Positions 39,788 through 50,365 of a stretch of 64,000 bases of DNA are shown here, one piece after another. The stretch spans positions 704,001 to 768,000 of the forward strand of contig CAXXLV010000002.1 of NCBI GenBank assembly GCA_963664305.2, written 5' to 3'. The notes under the pieces are model-generated. The model was not told the origin of the DNA. It worked only from the letters and a program-made list of their open reading frames with translations, and searched no databases. This stretch comes from an uncultured Aliarcobacter sp. (GTDB lineage: Bacteria; Campylobacterota; Campylobacteria; Campylobacterales; Arcobacteraceae). The first letter of the stretch is position 1. Each line of letters begins with the position of its first letter. The position numbers were made by a program, and so were the translations under genes.

Positions 39788-41476
39788 TTAAAAAGTTAAT
39801 CCACCTTGAAATAACACTCTGCTATTTCTCTCTGGTTCACTTGTTACTTCTTTACTATTTGCATTCCATGCTACTTGTACTTGTCCAAAAAATCTATCAT
39901 ATGATGCATAGTATCCAACTCCTACATCTTGTAATGATTTACTTTCAAAGTCTACACTATTATTTGCCATATAAGCTTTTCCTCTATCATAAAATATTCC
40001 AACGGTGTTAGATAGATTATTTAAATTAGGCAATTTATATTTTAATTCTGTATTAAATGTATAACCATTTTCTGCACTTAATTCACCATCTGGGTATAAT
40101 TTAACTCCATATGCGCCACCAATTGAAAAATCTTCACTACCATCTAGATTTTTATTTCCTAATGCATATTGCATTTGTAAAGAAGTATCTAAAGAAAGAG
40201 CTGATGTAAATTCAATTGTATTTGACAATTCTACATTTACTTTTGAGTAATTACCGTTTGTATCCGCACCTGCTTCATCTGTTGTTCTATCAGCAACATC
40301 ATCAAAGCTTAGTTTTCCATATGTAAAATACACATTTGCTATTGATTTTGAGTTTTTATTAAAGGCCATATAATTTTTATCATATTCAAGAGCTAGTTTT
40401 ACAGATGTTGAATCTTTTTTTGTAATATCACTTGTTGACTCTACTTCATCTTTTAAATCTTTTGAAGCAATTGAAATTAAGCTATTTAAGTTTTCTGCTC
40501 TTGTTCTAATAATTGGGTAAGATATCTTTCCTTCAACTGTTTTAGAAGTTCCAAATGCATCTAAACTTTTATAACTATCAGATAAAGAGTAATTTGTTTG
40601 AGTATAAGATACTTCCCCTACTAAACCATTTGGAGCCAAAGGTGCTTGGTATGCAACTCTTCCATTTTTTAGATTTTGTCCATTTGAAACAAGACCAAAC
40701 AATGATATCTTATCACCGATTTCAAATGGAGAGTTTATATTAACTCCTGCCATCAATCTATATTTACCAGTATATCTACTTCCATAGTTATCAGAAACAA
40801 CATATCCATCTACTCTTTGAGATGCTTCTGTTGTAACTATAAAATCTGAAGTTCCTACTTGTTCTCCTGGCATTACATCTGCTTGAGTTACTATTGTACC
40901 TGGAGTATCATTGATAATAAGCATTGATCGTTCTAATGTATTTGTTGAAATTACATTATCTTTTTCTTTTGCATTATTAAGCATTCCTTGAACTACACTA
41001 TCTTTTACTAAAGAGTTGTTTTTTAACTTAAATTCACCATAAGTTCCTTCAATTACAGCTATTTCTAATACACCGTTATTTTCATTTATATTTTGTGCTG
41101 GAATATAAGCTCTTGCAACAAAGTATCCTTTTTCTCTATAAAATTTAGTTATTTCAACAATAATTTCTTGTAATTGATTAAAAGTTAATTCTTTACCTTT
41201 TGATTCTACAAAGAATTTTTCCAATTCATTTAAAGAGATATGTTCATTACCTGTGATTTTAAAATCATTTATTAAGATTTTTTTACCACTATCTACCATT
41301 GGTGCTTTATACTCTTTTTGTTTTATTTCTGGTAATGGAGGTTGTTCTTTTTTTATTTCTGGTGCTTTTATCTCTTTTTCTACATTCCCTATATTTGGTG
41401 TTGCTCCAAGAAGAAAAGTTGATGTTAGAGTTGAAAGTACGATTGTTTTTATTGTTATATTTTTCATTTGTTTCAT
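39788..41476 (-). CDS. ShlB/FhaC/HecB-family TpsB transporter
   Basis: POTRA domains (YREKGY..ARAYIPAQ; IEG); DNYG; FSIGGAYGVKLY; terminal Phe. Confidence 0.92.
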   Translation of the reverse strand: MKQMKNITIKTIVLSTLTSTFLLGATPNIGNVEKEIKAPEIKKEQPPLPEIKQKEYKAPMVDSGKKILINDFKITGNEHISLNELEKFFVESKGKELTFNQLQEIIVEITKFYREKGYFVARAYIPAQNINENNGVLEIAVIEGTYGEFKLKNNSLVKDSVVQGMLNNAKEKDNVISTNTLERSMLIINDTPGTIVTQADVMPGEQVGTSDFIVTTEASQRVDGYVVSDNYGSRYTGKYRLMAGVNINSPFEIGDKISLFGLVSNGQNLKNGRVAYQAPLAPNGLVGEVSYTQTNYSLSDSYKSLDAFGTSKTVEGKISYPIIRTRAENLNSLISIASKDLKDEVESTSDITKKDSTSVKLALEYDKNYMAFNKNSKSIANVYFTYGKLSFDDVADRTTDEAGADTNGNYSKVNVELSNTIEFTSALSLDTSLQMQYALGNKNLDGSEDFSIGGAYGVKLYPDGELSAENGYTFNTELKYKLPNLNNLSNTVGIFYDRGKAYMANNSVDFESKSLQDVGVGYYASYDRFFGQVQVAWNANSKEVTSEPERNSRVLFQGGLTF

Positions 41477-41494
41477 TTCTATTTTTCCTTCTTC

Positions 41495-44080
41495 TTATAT
41501 TTCACTATTATTATTTGAATTCTCTACTATGAAGAATTGTTGATGTAAGCCATTTGGAAGTAAAATACCTCCATTTACTAAATCAATTATTGAATTATCT
41601 CCTATTGGTACTCTTATTTCCTGATTTCCACTTGGATTATTTGTATCTTGATTTAATCTTAACTCTTCCATACTTATTATTCTTGTTGGTTGAGCTTCTA
41701 ATGGTTGTGACAATACATTTACTCTATTTCCATTTATTGTATTAACTGGATTTTGAGGTTGAATTACTGGTAATGTGACTTTTGGTACTTCATATCTTAT
41801 TGCATTAGTATTTACTATTGAAGTTATTACTTTAGTTATATTTTCATTATTATTTGTTGGTGTTGTTGGTGTTGGTGTTGGTGTTGTTACACCATTCTTT
41901 ATATTTAATTCAGCAATAATAGTCGAAATATCTCTATTATCTAAAGACGTAAAATATGAAATTGCACTTGAAGATGAATTTGCAGCTAATGTACCAATAT
42001 TAAATTTTATAGCCATTGCCTTATCTCCAGTAATTGAATAACCTTTTACAAAAAGTGGGTCACCATAAGTTGTAACATTAGTACAACAACCTGAACCTAC
42101 AGCTAATTCAGTACGTGTATCTGCTGAATAAAATAAAATATTAGATTGTGAACCAGCCAAAACATCATAAGCATCTCCATCAAAACCTTGTCCACTTAAT
42201 ACGGCAACTTTATCAGAAGATATAGTAGATTGAATTGTTTGTATTGTTTGTGAAGAACCACCTACATCTCTATTATTGTCCGGATCAAATTCTCTTGCAA
42301 ATGCAACATTTGTCATATCTGTACTACCTGTATTAGTTAAAACTACACTATTGTTAAAATATTTATCTTCTGTTTTAAAAGTAATATCTTGAACAACTTT
42401 TAAATCACCCTCCATCGATGTAACTCTTGCTGTTAAAGTATTATCAGCTCCTAAAGATAATAGTTCAACTGTTACATTATCGAATTCACTCGTATATCCA
42501 GCTACACTAGAACTATTAAAAAATGCTCTATAATTTTCATAATCTGATCCAGGAAGGAAATAATCAATTCTTAAATCTGTTCCTGTTCCAAAACCATCTG
42601 CATCACCTATCATACCAATTCTTGTATTAGATCCTTGTCTTCCAAAAAATAAACTAGGGATGGCTGTTCCTGACGATCCAAAAACTCCTTTTGTTCCATT
42701 GATTCCTAATTCAATATATTTTCCACCTAAAAAAACATTTCCATCCATAATTGCATATCTAGTACTTGCTAAATCATTTCCTTTTCTCCATTGAATAGAA
42801 GGAGATGTTACTGTTTTACCTGAAGCAACACTATATGTACTTGTTCCTCCATCTGCTGTTCCTTGACCATATAAAAATATTATTCCTCCAACTGAAGTTC
42901 CAGTATGAGTAATATTTTCATTTACATAAATATTATTATATGCAGAAAGTGTTAATGTATTATTTGCACTCCAAGATATTGCACTATCAACATTAATATT
43001 TCCTTCACTACCACTTTCTCCAGAGCTTGTATCAGGAGTATTACTTCCATCAGTTGAAATTGTTACATTTCCACTTCCAAGTGCTGTTTCAATTGCCGAA
43101 GCTAAAGTAGAATCTATAGTAATATTAACAGGGTCAATTAACCATTCTGCTGCTTCTATTTTTGCACTATTAAATTTAAAATCTTTCCCTGAAGTCTCAA
43201 CAAATCCATCTTTAGCTTCAATTATTCCACCAACTTGAACTTCTCCACCATGAGCAAACAATTCAACTTTACCAGTTATCCCATCTAAAGAGTTAGCTTC
43301 AATAATTCCAGTATTATTTACTACACCTTTTAATAACTCATTTACTGCATTTGTTGTTAAATATATCTCTCCACCATCTGCTATAATATTTCCTGAGTTT
43401 TTAACTAATGCATCTAATATACCTTTATCTACTGTTAAATTAACTAATGAGTTTCCATTTAGATTAATTGAATAAGAATCAGCTCCAACTAAATGAATGT
43501 TTCCTTTAACTGCTTTAATTGTTCCCTCATTAGCAACTTCATTTGAAGCAAGAACTACAGAACCATTATTTACAACTTCTATTGTTCCTTGATTAATGAT
43601 TGAATTTGCTGTTGCATTTTTAAAGTTATAATTTCCAGCATTAAAATCATTATCCGATAGTTCAGCTGTTGTTGCTAATAATCCTGAAGTATTAATTGAT
43701 GCATTTTTTCCAAATAAAACACCATTTGAATTTAATATCCAAACTTGTCCATTTGCGTTTAATGCTCCATTTATTACTGATTTTTCAGTTCCTATTACTC
43801 TATTTAAAGTAATTGAAGAAGAGTTTGGTTGATTGAAATTTACTGTTTCATTTGAAGAAATAGAAAAGTTTTGCCAATTAATTGAGGCTTTTTGAGTGCT
43901 TTGGTTGATATTTGTTACCGTTCCACTTTGATTTATTGTTGCACTTCCTGATGTTACAGTTCCCCCTGTAGGTGCAGCAAATGTTAATGTTGTAGAACTA
44001 AGTATAGCACTAACTAGTAAACTAATTTTTCCACCTTTTAGTATTCTAAACCGTGAATGAAAATCGAATGTTTTTTCCAT
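41495..44080 (-). CDS. TpsA secreted protein with filamentous haemagglutinin N-terminal domain
   Basis: PTGGTV..G, INWQNFSI, NGALNANGQVWILNSNGV, WLIDP; Pro/Thr linker. Confidence 0.92.
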   Translation of the reverse strand: MEKTFDFHSRFRILKGGKISLLVSAILSSTTLTFAAPTGGTVTSGSATINQSGTVTNINQSTQKASINWQNFSISSNETVNFNQPNSSSITLNRVIGTEKSVINGALNANGQVWILNSNGVLFGKNASINTSGLLATTAELSDNDFNAGNYNFKNATANSIINQGTIEVVNNGSVVLASNEVANEGTIKAVKGNIHLVGADSYSINLNGNSLVNLTVDKGILDALVKNSGNIIADGGEIYLTTNAVNELLKGVVNNTGIIEANSLDGITGKVELFAHGGEVQVGGIIEAKDGFVETSGKDFKFNSAKIEAAEWLIDPVNITIDSTLASAIETALGSGNVTISTDGSNTPDTSSGESGSEGNINVDSAISWSANNTLTLSAYNNIYVNENITHTGTSVGGIIFLYGQGTADGGTSTYSVASGKTVTSPSIQWRKGNDLASTRYAIMDGNVFLGGKYIELGINGTKGVFGSSGTAIPSLFFGRQGSNTRIGMIGDADGFGTGTDLRIDYFLPGSDYENYRAFFNSSSVAGYTSEFDNVTVELLSLGADNTLTARVTSMEGDLKVVQDITFKTEDKYFNNSVVLTNTGSTDMTNVAFAREFDPDNNRDVGGSSQTIQTIQSTISSDKVAVLSGQGFDGDAYDVLAGSQSNILFYSADTRTELAVGSGCCTNVTTYGDPLFVKGYSITGDKAMAIKFNIGTLAANSSSSAISYFTSLDNRDISTIIAELNIKNGVTTPTPTPTTPTNNNENITKVITSIVNTNAIRYEVPKVTLPVIQPQNPVNTINGNRVNVLSQPLEAQPTRIISMEELRLNQDTNNPSGNQEIRVPIGDNSIIDLVNGGILLPNGLHQQFFIVENSNNNSEI
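41856..41888 (-). repeat. Pro/Thr codon repeat (TTPTPTPTTPT linker)
   Basis: tgttgg tandem repeats on the + strand. Confidence 0.75.
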
Positions 44081-44112
44081 TGTTGTCCCTTTTATAAATA
44101 ATAAATTATTAA

Positions 44113-44145
44113 ATTGTATCTAAAAATTGTCGGAAATCTGACGGA
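44113..44145 (-). promoter_or_regulatory. Direct-repeat operator TCCGTCA-N4-TCCGACA, 9 nt spacer, -10 TACAAT upstream of tpsA
   Basis: tgtcgga at 44128-44134, tgacgga at 44139-44145, attgta at 44113-44118. Confidence 0.7.
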
Positions 44146-44177
44146 AAAAAGAAGTTCTATTATGGTAGAATTCTGGG

Positions 44178-46052
44178 ATGTTTAAAGGCTCATGTTTAAA
44201 ATATATAACAATCTTTCATATCTTTTTAATTGTATTATTAGGAAATAATTTTTCTGATAAGATTATAAATATCCAAAACACAATTACTGATAATTTTCAA
44301 TTTCAATATTTAAAAAGTAAAGAAATATTGACCATTCAGGAAGTTAAAGATATTGACTTCACTGAAACATCTTCTAATAATTTTTCATTAGGATATACAA
44401 ATTCACAACTTTGGATAAAATTAAATCTAAAAAATAATAATTCTAAATCAGAATTTGTATTAACAGTTAATGAACATTTTTACGAGATTTTTAATCTTTA
44501 TTATTTTGATGAAATTAATAATAAATGGATAAAAAAAGAAAATGGACTATTCATTCCTATTGAAAATAGAGAAATAAAAACAAATAAATTAGCAACAAAG
44601 ATAATTTTACAACCAGATGAAACAAAAACTTTTTATATAGAATTAAAAGGTAAATATTCTTATTTTGGAAAACTTCTAATCTATGATAGTGATAGTTTTT
44701 ATCTTAATAAACAAATTACTGTTAATATTTTTTATACCTTTATTTTTAGTATTTTTACAGTTATTCTACTATTTACGCTTTTCTTATCTATTAAAATAAA
44801 AGAGAAACTATATTTTTACTATTTAGGATATAGTTTTTTTTATCTGATTTATACAATAAATATTAGTGGAATGTTAGCTTACTTTGATTTACATCATTAT
44901 GTTTATAAACTTCATTCAGCAGGAGCTTTTACAACTGCGTTTTTTGCACTTTTTTCTATAGAATATTTAAATATAAAAAAGCACGCCAGATATTTCAATT
45001 ATTTACTATTATTCATTTCATTTTTATTATTCATCTTAGGTTTTTTATTAATTTATGAATATACGCCATGGAACAAAGTTATAAATAATACAGTTGCCAT
45101 AGTAAACATTGCATTAATAATTGCTTCAATAATTAGTTATTTAAAAGGTCATCAATTTGCTAAATATTACACATTAATATTAGTCTTCTTTTTTATTTTT
45201 ATTCTAATATTTACTACAATGGTAGGAGGAGTGACAGAATATAATATTTTGACTAGATATGGATATATTGCAGCTTCTGCAGTAGAACTGATTGGATTTA
45301 CACTTCTTTTAGTTAATGAATATTCTGTTTCTAGAAATAAACAAATTGAATATCAAGAACAATTAATAACAATAAAAACAAAACAAGAAGAACTATTAAA
45401 AAAAGAAGTAGAAAAAAGAACTCAAGAGCTTGAAGAATCAAATCAAAAGTTATCTTTACTAGTTAAAGAAAGAGAACTTTTATTAAAAGAGATATTTCAT
45501 AGAGTAAAAAATAATTTTCATATGATATTAGGTATGCTTTGGTTTGAATCCCAAAAACATGAAAATAAAGAAATCTTTACAGAATTGACTAATAGAATTA
45601 AATCTATGTCAAAACTACATGAACAATTACTTTATAGTTCAAAAGATTTAATTCAAATAAATATAAATGAATATTTGAAAAATATTATAGAAAATATAAC
45701 TTTTTCATATGCAAATAAAAATTTTTATATAGATTACCATATTGAAAACATCTATTTAAGTTTTGAAGAAGCTCTAAATTTAGGTGTTATTGTCAATGAA
45801 ATTCTTACAAATAGTATAAAACATAATCAAAATATAAAAGAAAATTATATAAATATATTTTTAAAAACAATAGATGAAAAAATTGAATTAAGAATTGAAG
45901 ACAATAGTAAAGAATTTTCTATAGAAAATAGTAGAGGTTTAGGTTTAAATCTAATCAAAGAATTTTCAAAAAAACTCTCTGATTCTCAATATACATATAC
46001 TTTTGATAAAACTGCATGTTTTACTTTAACATTTAGGAAAAATAAAAATTGA
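44178..46052 (+). CDS. 7TM-DISM sensor histidine kinase (HisKA_2 type)
   Basis: SLGY...WIKL extracellular domain; 7 TM; KEIFHRVKNN; NEILTN. Confidence 0.9.
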   Translation: MFKGSCLKYITIFHIFLIVLLGNNFSDKIINIQNTITDNFQFQYLKSKEILTIQEVKDIDFTETSSNNFSLGYTNSQLWIKLNLKNNNSKSEFVLTVNEHFYEIFNLYYFDEINNKWIKKENGLFIPIENREIKTNKLATKIILQPDETKTFYIELKGKYSYFGKLLIYDSDSFYLNKQITVNIFYTFIFSIFTVILLFTLFLSIKIKEKLYFYYLGYSFFYLIYTINISGMLAYFDLHHYVYKLHSAGAFTTAFFALFSIEYLNIKKHARYFNYLLLFISFLLFILGFLLIYEYTPWNKVINNTVAIVNIALIIASIISYLKGHQFAKYYTLILVFFFIFILIFTTMVGGVTEYNILTRYGYIAASAVELIGFTLLLVNEYSVSRNKQIEYQEQLITIKTKQEELLKKEVEKRTQELEESNQKLSLLVKERELLLKEIFHRVKNNFHMILGMLWFESQKHENKEIFTELTNRIKSMSKLHEQLLYSSKDLIQININEYLKNIIENITFSYANKNFYIDYHIENIYLSFEEALNLGVIVNEILTNSIKHNQNIKENYINIFLKTIDEKIELRIEDNSKEFSIENSRGLGLNLIKEFSKKLSDSQYTYTFDKTACFTLTFRKNKN

Positions 46053-46738
46053 TACAAAATAACTTAAATATTTTAATAGTAGAAGATGAATTTTTAGCAG
46101 TATCTTATTTAAAAAATATACTTCAGAAAATTGGTTTCGAAAAATTTTTTATAGCTAATAATGCAGAACTAGCTAAAAAAATCACTTTAGACAATAATAT
46201 AGAGTTAATTTTTATGGATATTAATATCAATGGAAATATTGATGGAATTAATTGTGCAAAAATCATTGATAGTAAAATTCCAATTATATACACAACAGCA
46301 TTTACAGATTTAGATACAATAAATGAAACTGAACAAACAAATGTATATGGATATATTATTAAACCATTTACCTATGAAGATGTTTATTCAACACTAATTG
46401 TAGCATTAAGATTAATGTATAAAGAGTTATTAAATAATCGGTTTAGTGATAATGATTATGCTATTAAACTTGGTGATTATGTTTACCATAAAAAAAGTAA
46501 AACATTAAAATATAATGGAAATATAATTGACTTAACAAAAAAAGAGATAGAAGTTTTAAATCAACTATGTTTGAATATTAATCAGCAAATCTCTTATTCT
46601 TTTCTAATAGATAAAGTTTGGTATGATAAAGATGTTTCACTTTCAACAATAAGAGATACTTTATCAAGATTAAAAAAGAAAGTACCAAATCTTGATATAC
46701 AAAACATACAAAATTATGGATATATTTTAAAAATATAA
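46049..46738 (+). CDS. OmpR-type response regulator
   Basis: LIVEDE, FMDINI, KPF, STIRDTLSRLKKK...GY; TTG start overlapping the kinase stop. Confidence 0.92.
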   Translation: MIQNNLNILIVEDEFLAVSYLKNILQKIGFEKFFIANNAELAKKITLDNNIELIFMDININGNIDGINCAKIIDSKIPIIYTTAFTDLDTINETEQTNVYGYIIKPFTYEDVYSTLIVALRLMYKELLNNRFSDNDYAIKLGDYVYHKKSKTLKYNGNIIDLTKKEIEVLNQLCLNINQQISYSFLIDKVWYDKDVSLSTIRDTLSRLKKKVPNLDIQNIQNYGYILKI

Positions 46739-46812
46739 TATTATTCTATCAAAAATTTATAATAAATTTAAAAGAAAATATAAGATTATTATTTTGTAAG
46801 TGTTTATAAAAT

Positions 46813-47132
46813 AGGTAAACCAATAAGCCGCGTTTTGTTTTTAAGACAATAATTTATCTAGTTGTTAAATTACTTTAACAATCTTGCGAAGACCAAAAAA
46901 GTGTGAAGGAATTACCTAGTCTTCTTGCTGCAGGTTGGGTTTACAAAGCCATTAAGATTACTCAAAATGCTGGTAGGCTCTTACTCTACCGTTTCACCAT
47001 CACCAAAAAATCGGCTGTCTACTTTCTGTTGCACTGTCCCTTAGGTTACCCTAGCCATTATTTAAATGGAACCATTCTTCACAGCAGCCCGGACTTTCCT
47101 CTTGAATACTCAAGCTATTGTCTGGTTTACCT
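46813..47132 (-). ncRNA. rnpB: RNase P RNA (class A)
   Basis: Minus strand has GAGGAAAGTCCGGGC, AGTGCAACAGAAA and ACAAAACGCGGCTTA; complementary P1 ends AGGTAAACCA/TGGTTTACCT. Confidence 0.96.
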
Positions 47133-47161
47133 GTGAAATTATAGCTTTTAATTCTTAAAAT

Positions 47162-47689
47162 CTATTTTTTTATAATATCGTAAGAGTCTGGTACTTCAAA
47201 CTTAAATATCTCATCAGAGATATCGCTATTTTGTACCACATTTGAAAATTTAATATCAACACTATTTTCTAATTTATCTTTATATGTTATTTCTTGAATT
47301 TTATCATTTGAAGTTTTAATTGAATAATCAACATCATCTATGTTTGTTGTATAACTATTTTCAGCACTTTTTTTAGAACTATTTAAAAGTTTGATAATAT
47401 TTATTTCACTATCCAATTGAGTAAAAATAGCTTGTTCTAACTCTGGTTCATCTACTATTGCAAAATCGTTATTTATATAAACATTTTTAACAACAGGTGT
47501 CTCATATTTCCATAAGATTTTTCCACTTTTTTTGATAAAAACCTCACCTTTATATTCAATTATATTTTTTGAACTTGAAGTAATAACTTGTGTAAAACTA
47601 GCTTTAAAAGAATCTAAATTTCTAATATCACTTGAAGCTATACAACTAATACTGAACAATGCTAAAAAAATTAGCGATTTATAAAACAT
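47162..47689 (-). CDS. lolA: LolA-like lipoprotein chaperone
   Basis: SFKASFTQ, G....K..GK..W.Y.TP, EPELEQA, IFKFEVP; divergent from secA. Confidence 0.88.
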   Translation of the reverse strand: MFYKSLIFLALFSISCIASSDIRNLDSFKASFTQVITSSSKNIIEYKGEVFIKKSGKILWKYETPVVKNVYINNDFAIVDEPELEQAIFTQLDSEINIIKLLNSSKKSAENSYTTNIDDVDYSIKTSNDKIQEITYKDKLENSVDIKFSNVVQNSDISDEIFKFEVPDSYDIIKK

Positions 47690-47745
47690 ACTTTAACCTT
47701 TTTTTTTATATAATCTTGCGATTATAACGAAAAGGAACTAATTTT

Positions 47746-50364
47746 ATGTTAAATGTTTTTTCAAAAATTTTTGGTACAAGAAATGATAGAGAAGTAAAAA
47801 ATTATAGAAAGAAAGCAGAAGCTATAACTGCTTTAGAAAGCAAGTATAAAAACTTAAGTGATGAAGAATTAAAAAATGAATTTAATAAGCTTAAAGAGCT
47901 TGTACAAAAAGAAGAAAAATCATTAAATGATGTATTATTTGAATCTTTTGCAATTACTAGAGAAGCAAGTAGCAGAACTCTTGGAATGAGACCTTATGAT
48001 GTACAATTAATAGGTGCTATGGTTTTACATGATGGAAGAATTGCAGAGATGAAAACAGGAGAAGGAAAAACTCTTGTTGGTTCTTTAGCTGTTGCATTAA
48101 ATGCACTTACAGGAAAAGGTGTACATGTTGTAACTGTAAATGATTACCTTGCAAGTAGAGATGCAAATGAACTAACACCTTTATACAACTTTTTAGGATA
48201 CAGTGTTGGAGCAATCGTTGGTGGTTTAAGAAATGACCAAGAAAGAAGAGAACAATATGCTTGTGATATCACTTATGGAACAAATAATGAATTTGGATTT
48301 GATTATTTAAGAGACAATATGAACTATGATATTAACGAAAAAGTTCAAAGAGGACATAACTTTGTAATTGTAGATGAAGTTGACTCGATTTTAATTGATG
48401 AAGCTAGAACTCCACTTATTATTTCTGGACCAACAAATCACAAAAATTCAAATTATGTAAAAGCAAATGAAATTGCTTTAAAATTAGAAAAAGGTGAATT
48501 AATTCAACCAAAAAGTGCAGCTGAAAAACCAACAACAACTGGTGATTTTATAGTTGATGAAAAAAATAGATCTGTTATGTTAACAGAACAAGGGCATGAA
48601 AATGCAGAAAAACTTTTTGGAGTTGAAAACTTATACTCTTTAGAAAATGCAATGCTTTCTCACTCACTTGACCAAGCTTTAAAAGCTAACTATATCTTTG
48701 AAAAAGATGTTGATTATGTTGTAAAAGACAATCAAATTATCATTGTTGATGAATTTACAGGAAGATTAAGTGAAGGAAGAAGATTTAGTGAAGGATTACA
48801 CCAAGCTTTAGAAGCAAAAGAAGGTGTTTCAATCCAAGATGAATCACAAACTTTAGCAGATATTACTTTCCAAAATTATTTTAGAATGTATAAAAAATTA
48901 GCGGGTATGACAGGAACTGCTCAAACAGAAGCAACTGAGTTTGCTGAGATTTATAATCTTGATGTTGTTTCAATTCCTACAAACATTCCAGTTAAAAGAA
49001 TCGATAAAAACGACTTAATTTACAAAAGTGAAAGAGAAAAATTTGAAGCTGTTTGTAATAGAATTAAAGAATTACATGAAAAAGGACAACCAGTTCTTGT
49101 TGGAACTGCTTCAATTGAAAAATCAGAAAAATTACATAAAATTTTAGTTGATAAAAAAATTCCTCATACAGTTTTAAATGCAAAACAACACGAAAAAGAA
49201 GGGAAAATTATCGCTGACGCTGGTCAAAAAGGTGCAGTTACAATTGCTACAAATATGGCTGGAAGGGGAGTTGATATTAAACTTACTAAAGAGATTTTAG
49301 ACTTAGGTGGTTTAGCAATCATTGGAACTGAAAGACATGAGTCTAGAAGAATTGATAATCAGTTAAGAGGAAGATCTGGACGTCAAGGAGATGTTGGAGA
49401 ATCTCAATTTTATCTATCTTTAGAAGATAATCTTTTAAGAATCTTTGGAAGTGATAAAATCAAAGGAATTATGGAAAGACTTGGGATTGAAGAAGGTGAG
49501 CATATTGAATCAAGAATGGTTACACGTGCTGTTGAAAATGCTCAGAAAAAAGTTGAACAAATGCACTTTGAAAGTAGAAAACACCTACTTGAATATGATG
49601 ATGTTGCAAATGAGCAAAGAAAAGTTATCTATACATTTAGAAATGACTTATTAAGACCTGATTACAATATCGAAGCAAAACTTGATGAAAATAGACTTGA
49701 ATATGTTCAAAATTTATTAAATGAAGCAAATATTATTCCAGGTATGCCAGAAGAAGATTTTGATTATGAATTTATAAAAACAAAATTACAAGAAGAGTTA
49801 CACTTAGTTGTAAATGAAGAAGCTATAAAAAGTGACTCTTACGAAGATTTTGAAACAAAATTAACTTCAATATTAAAAGAAGTTTATACTAAAAAAATGT
49901 CAATGGCTGCACCTGAGCAAAAAAGTGAAATTGAAAGAATTTTATATTTACAAATTTTAGATAATGCTTGGAGAGAACATTTATATGCGATGGATACTTT
50001 AAAAGCAGGTATTGGACTTAGAGGTTATAATCAAAAAGATCCACTTGTTGAGTATAAAAAAGAGTCTTATAATATGTTTATAGAATTAATTTCAAATATT
50101 AAACATGAAATTATTAAAATTTTATTTACTATTCAACTTCAATCAAATGAAGATAGACAAAAAGAACAAGAAGCAATTGCAAGAATGAAAGAGCAAATGG
50201 AAGAAGCAACAGAACATATAACTACAAATGTTGCTCAAGAAGCTGTAAAAAATAGTGATAAAAAAATTGCAAGAAATGAAACTTGTCCTTGTGGAAGTGG
50301 ATTAAAATATAAACAATGTTGTGGTAAAAGTGGACCAAAAATTGGTTTAGCAGCGGGAAAATAA
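47746..50364 (+). CDS. secA: Preprotein translocase ATPase SecA
   Basis: [42 protein letters not shown] motif CPCGSG..YK.CC. Confidence 0.98.
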   Translation: MLNVFSKIFGTRNDREVKNYRKKAEAITALESKYKNLSDEELKNEFNKLKELVQKEEKSLNDVLFESFAITREASSRTLGMRPYDVQLIGAMVLHDGRIAEMKTGEGKTLVGSLAVALNALTGKGVHVVTVNDYLASRDANELTPLYNFLGYSVGAIVGGLRNDQERREQYACDITYGTNNEFGFDYLRDNMNYDINEKVQRGHNFVIVDEVDSILIDEARTPLIISGPTNHKNSNYVKANEIALKLEKGELIQPKSAAEKPTTTGDFIVDEKNRSVMLTEQGHENAEKLFGVENLYSLENAMLSHSLDQALKANYIFEKDVDYVVKDNQIIIVDEFTGRLSEGRRFSEGLHQALEAKEGVSIQDESQTLADITFQNYFRMYKKLAGMTGTAQTEATEFAEIYNLDVVSIPTNIPVKRIDKNDLIYKSEREKFEAVCNRIKELHEKGQPVLVGTASIEKSEKLHKILVDKKIPHTVLNAKQHEKEGKIIADAGQKGAVTIATNMAGRGVDIKLTKEILDLGGLAIIGTERHESRRIDNQLRGRSGRQGDVGESQFYLSLEDNLLRIFGSDKIKGIMERLGIEEGEHIESRMVTRAVENAQKKVEQMHFESRKHLLEYDDVANEQRKVIYTFRNDLLRPDYNIEAKLDENRLEYVQNLLNEANIIPGMPEEDFDYEFIKTKLQEELHLVVNEEAIKSDSYEDFETKLTSILKEVYTKKMSMAAPEQKSEIERILYLQILDNAWREHLYAMDTLKAGIGLRGYNQKDPLVEYKKESYNMFIELISNIKHEIIKILFTIQLQSNEDRQKEQEAIARMKEQMEEATEHITTNVAQEAVKNSDKKIARNETCPCGSGLKYKQCCGKSGPKIGLAAGK

Positions 50365-50365
50365 T

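Noticed and set aside
35937..46800. Possible genomic island integrated next to rnpB
   Set aside because: Content looks accessory, but no integrase, transposase or flanking direct repeat was seen
46903..47136. 77-aa + strand ORF
   Set aside because: Antisense to RNase P RNA
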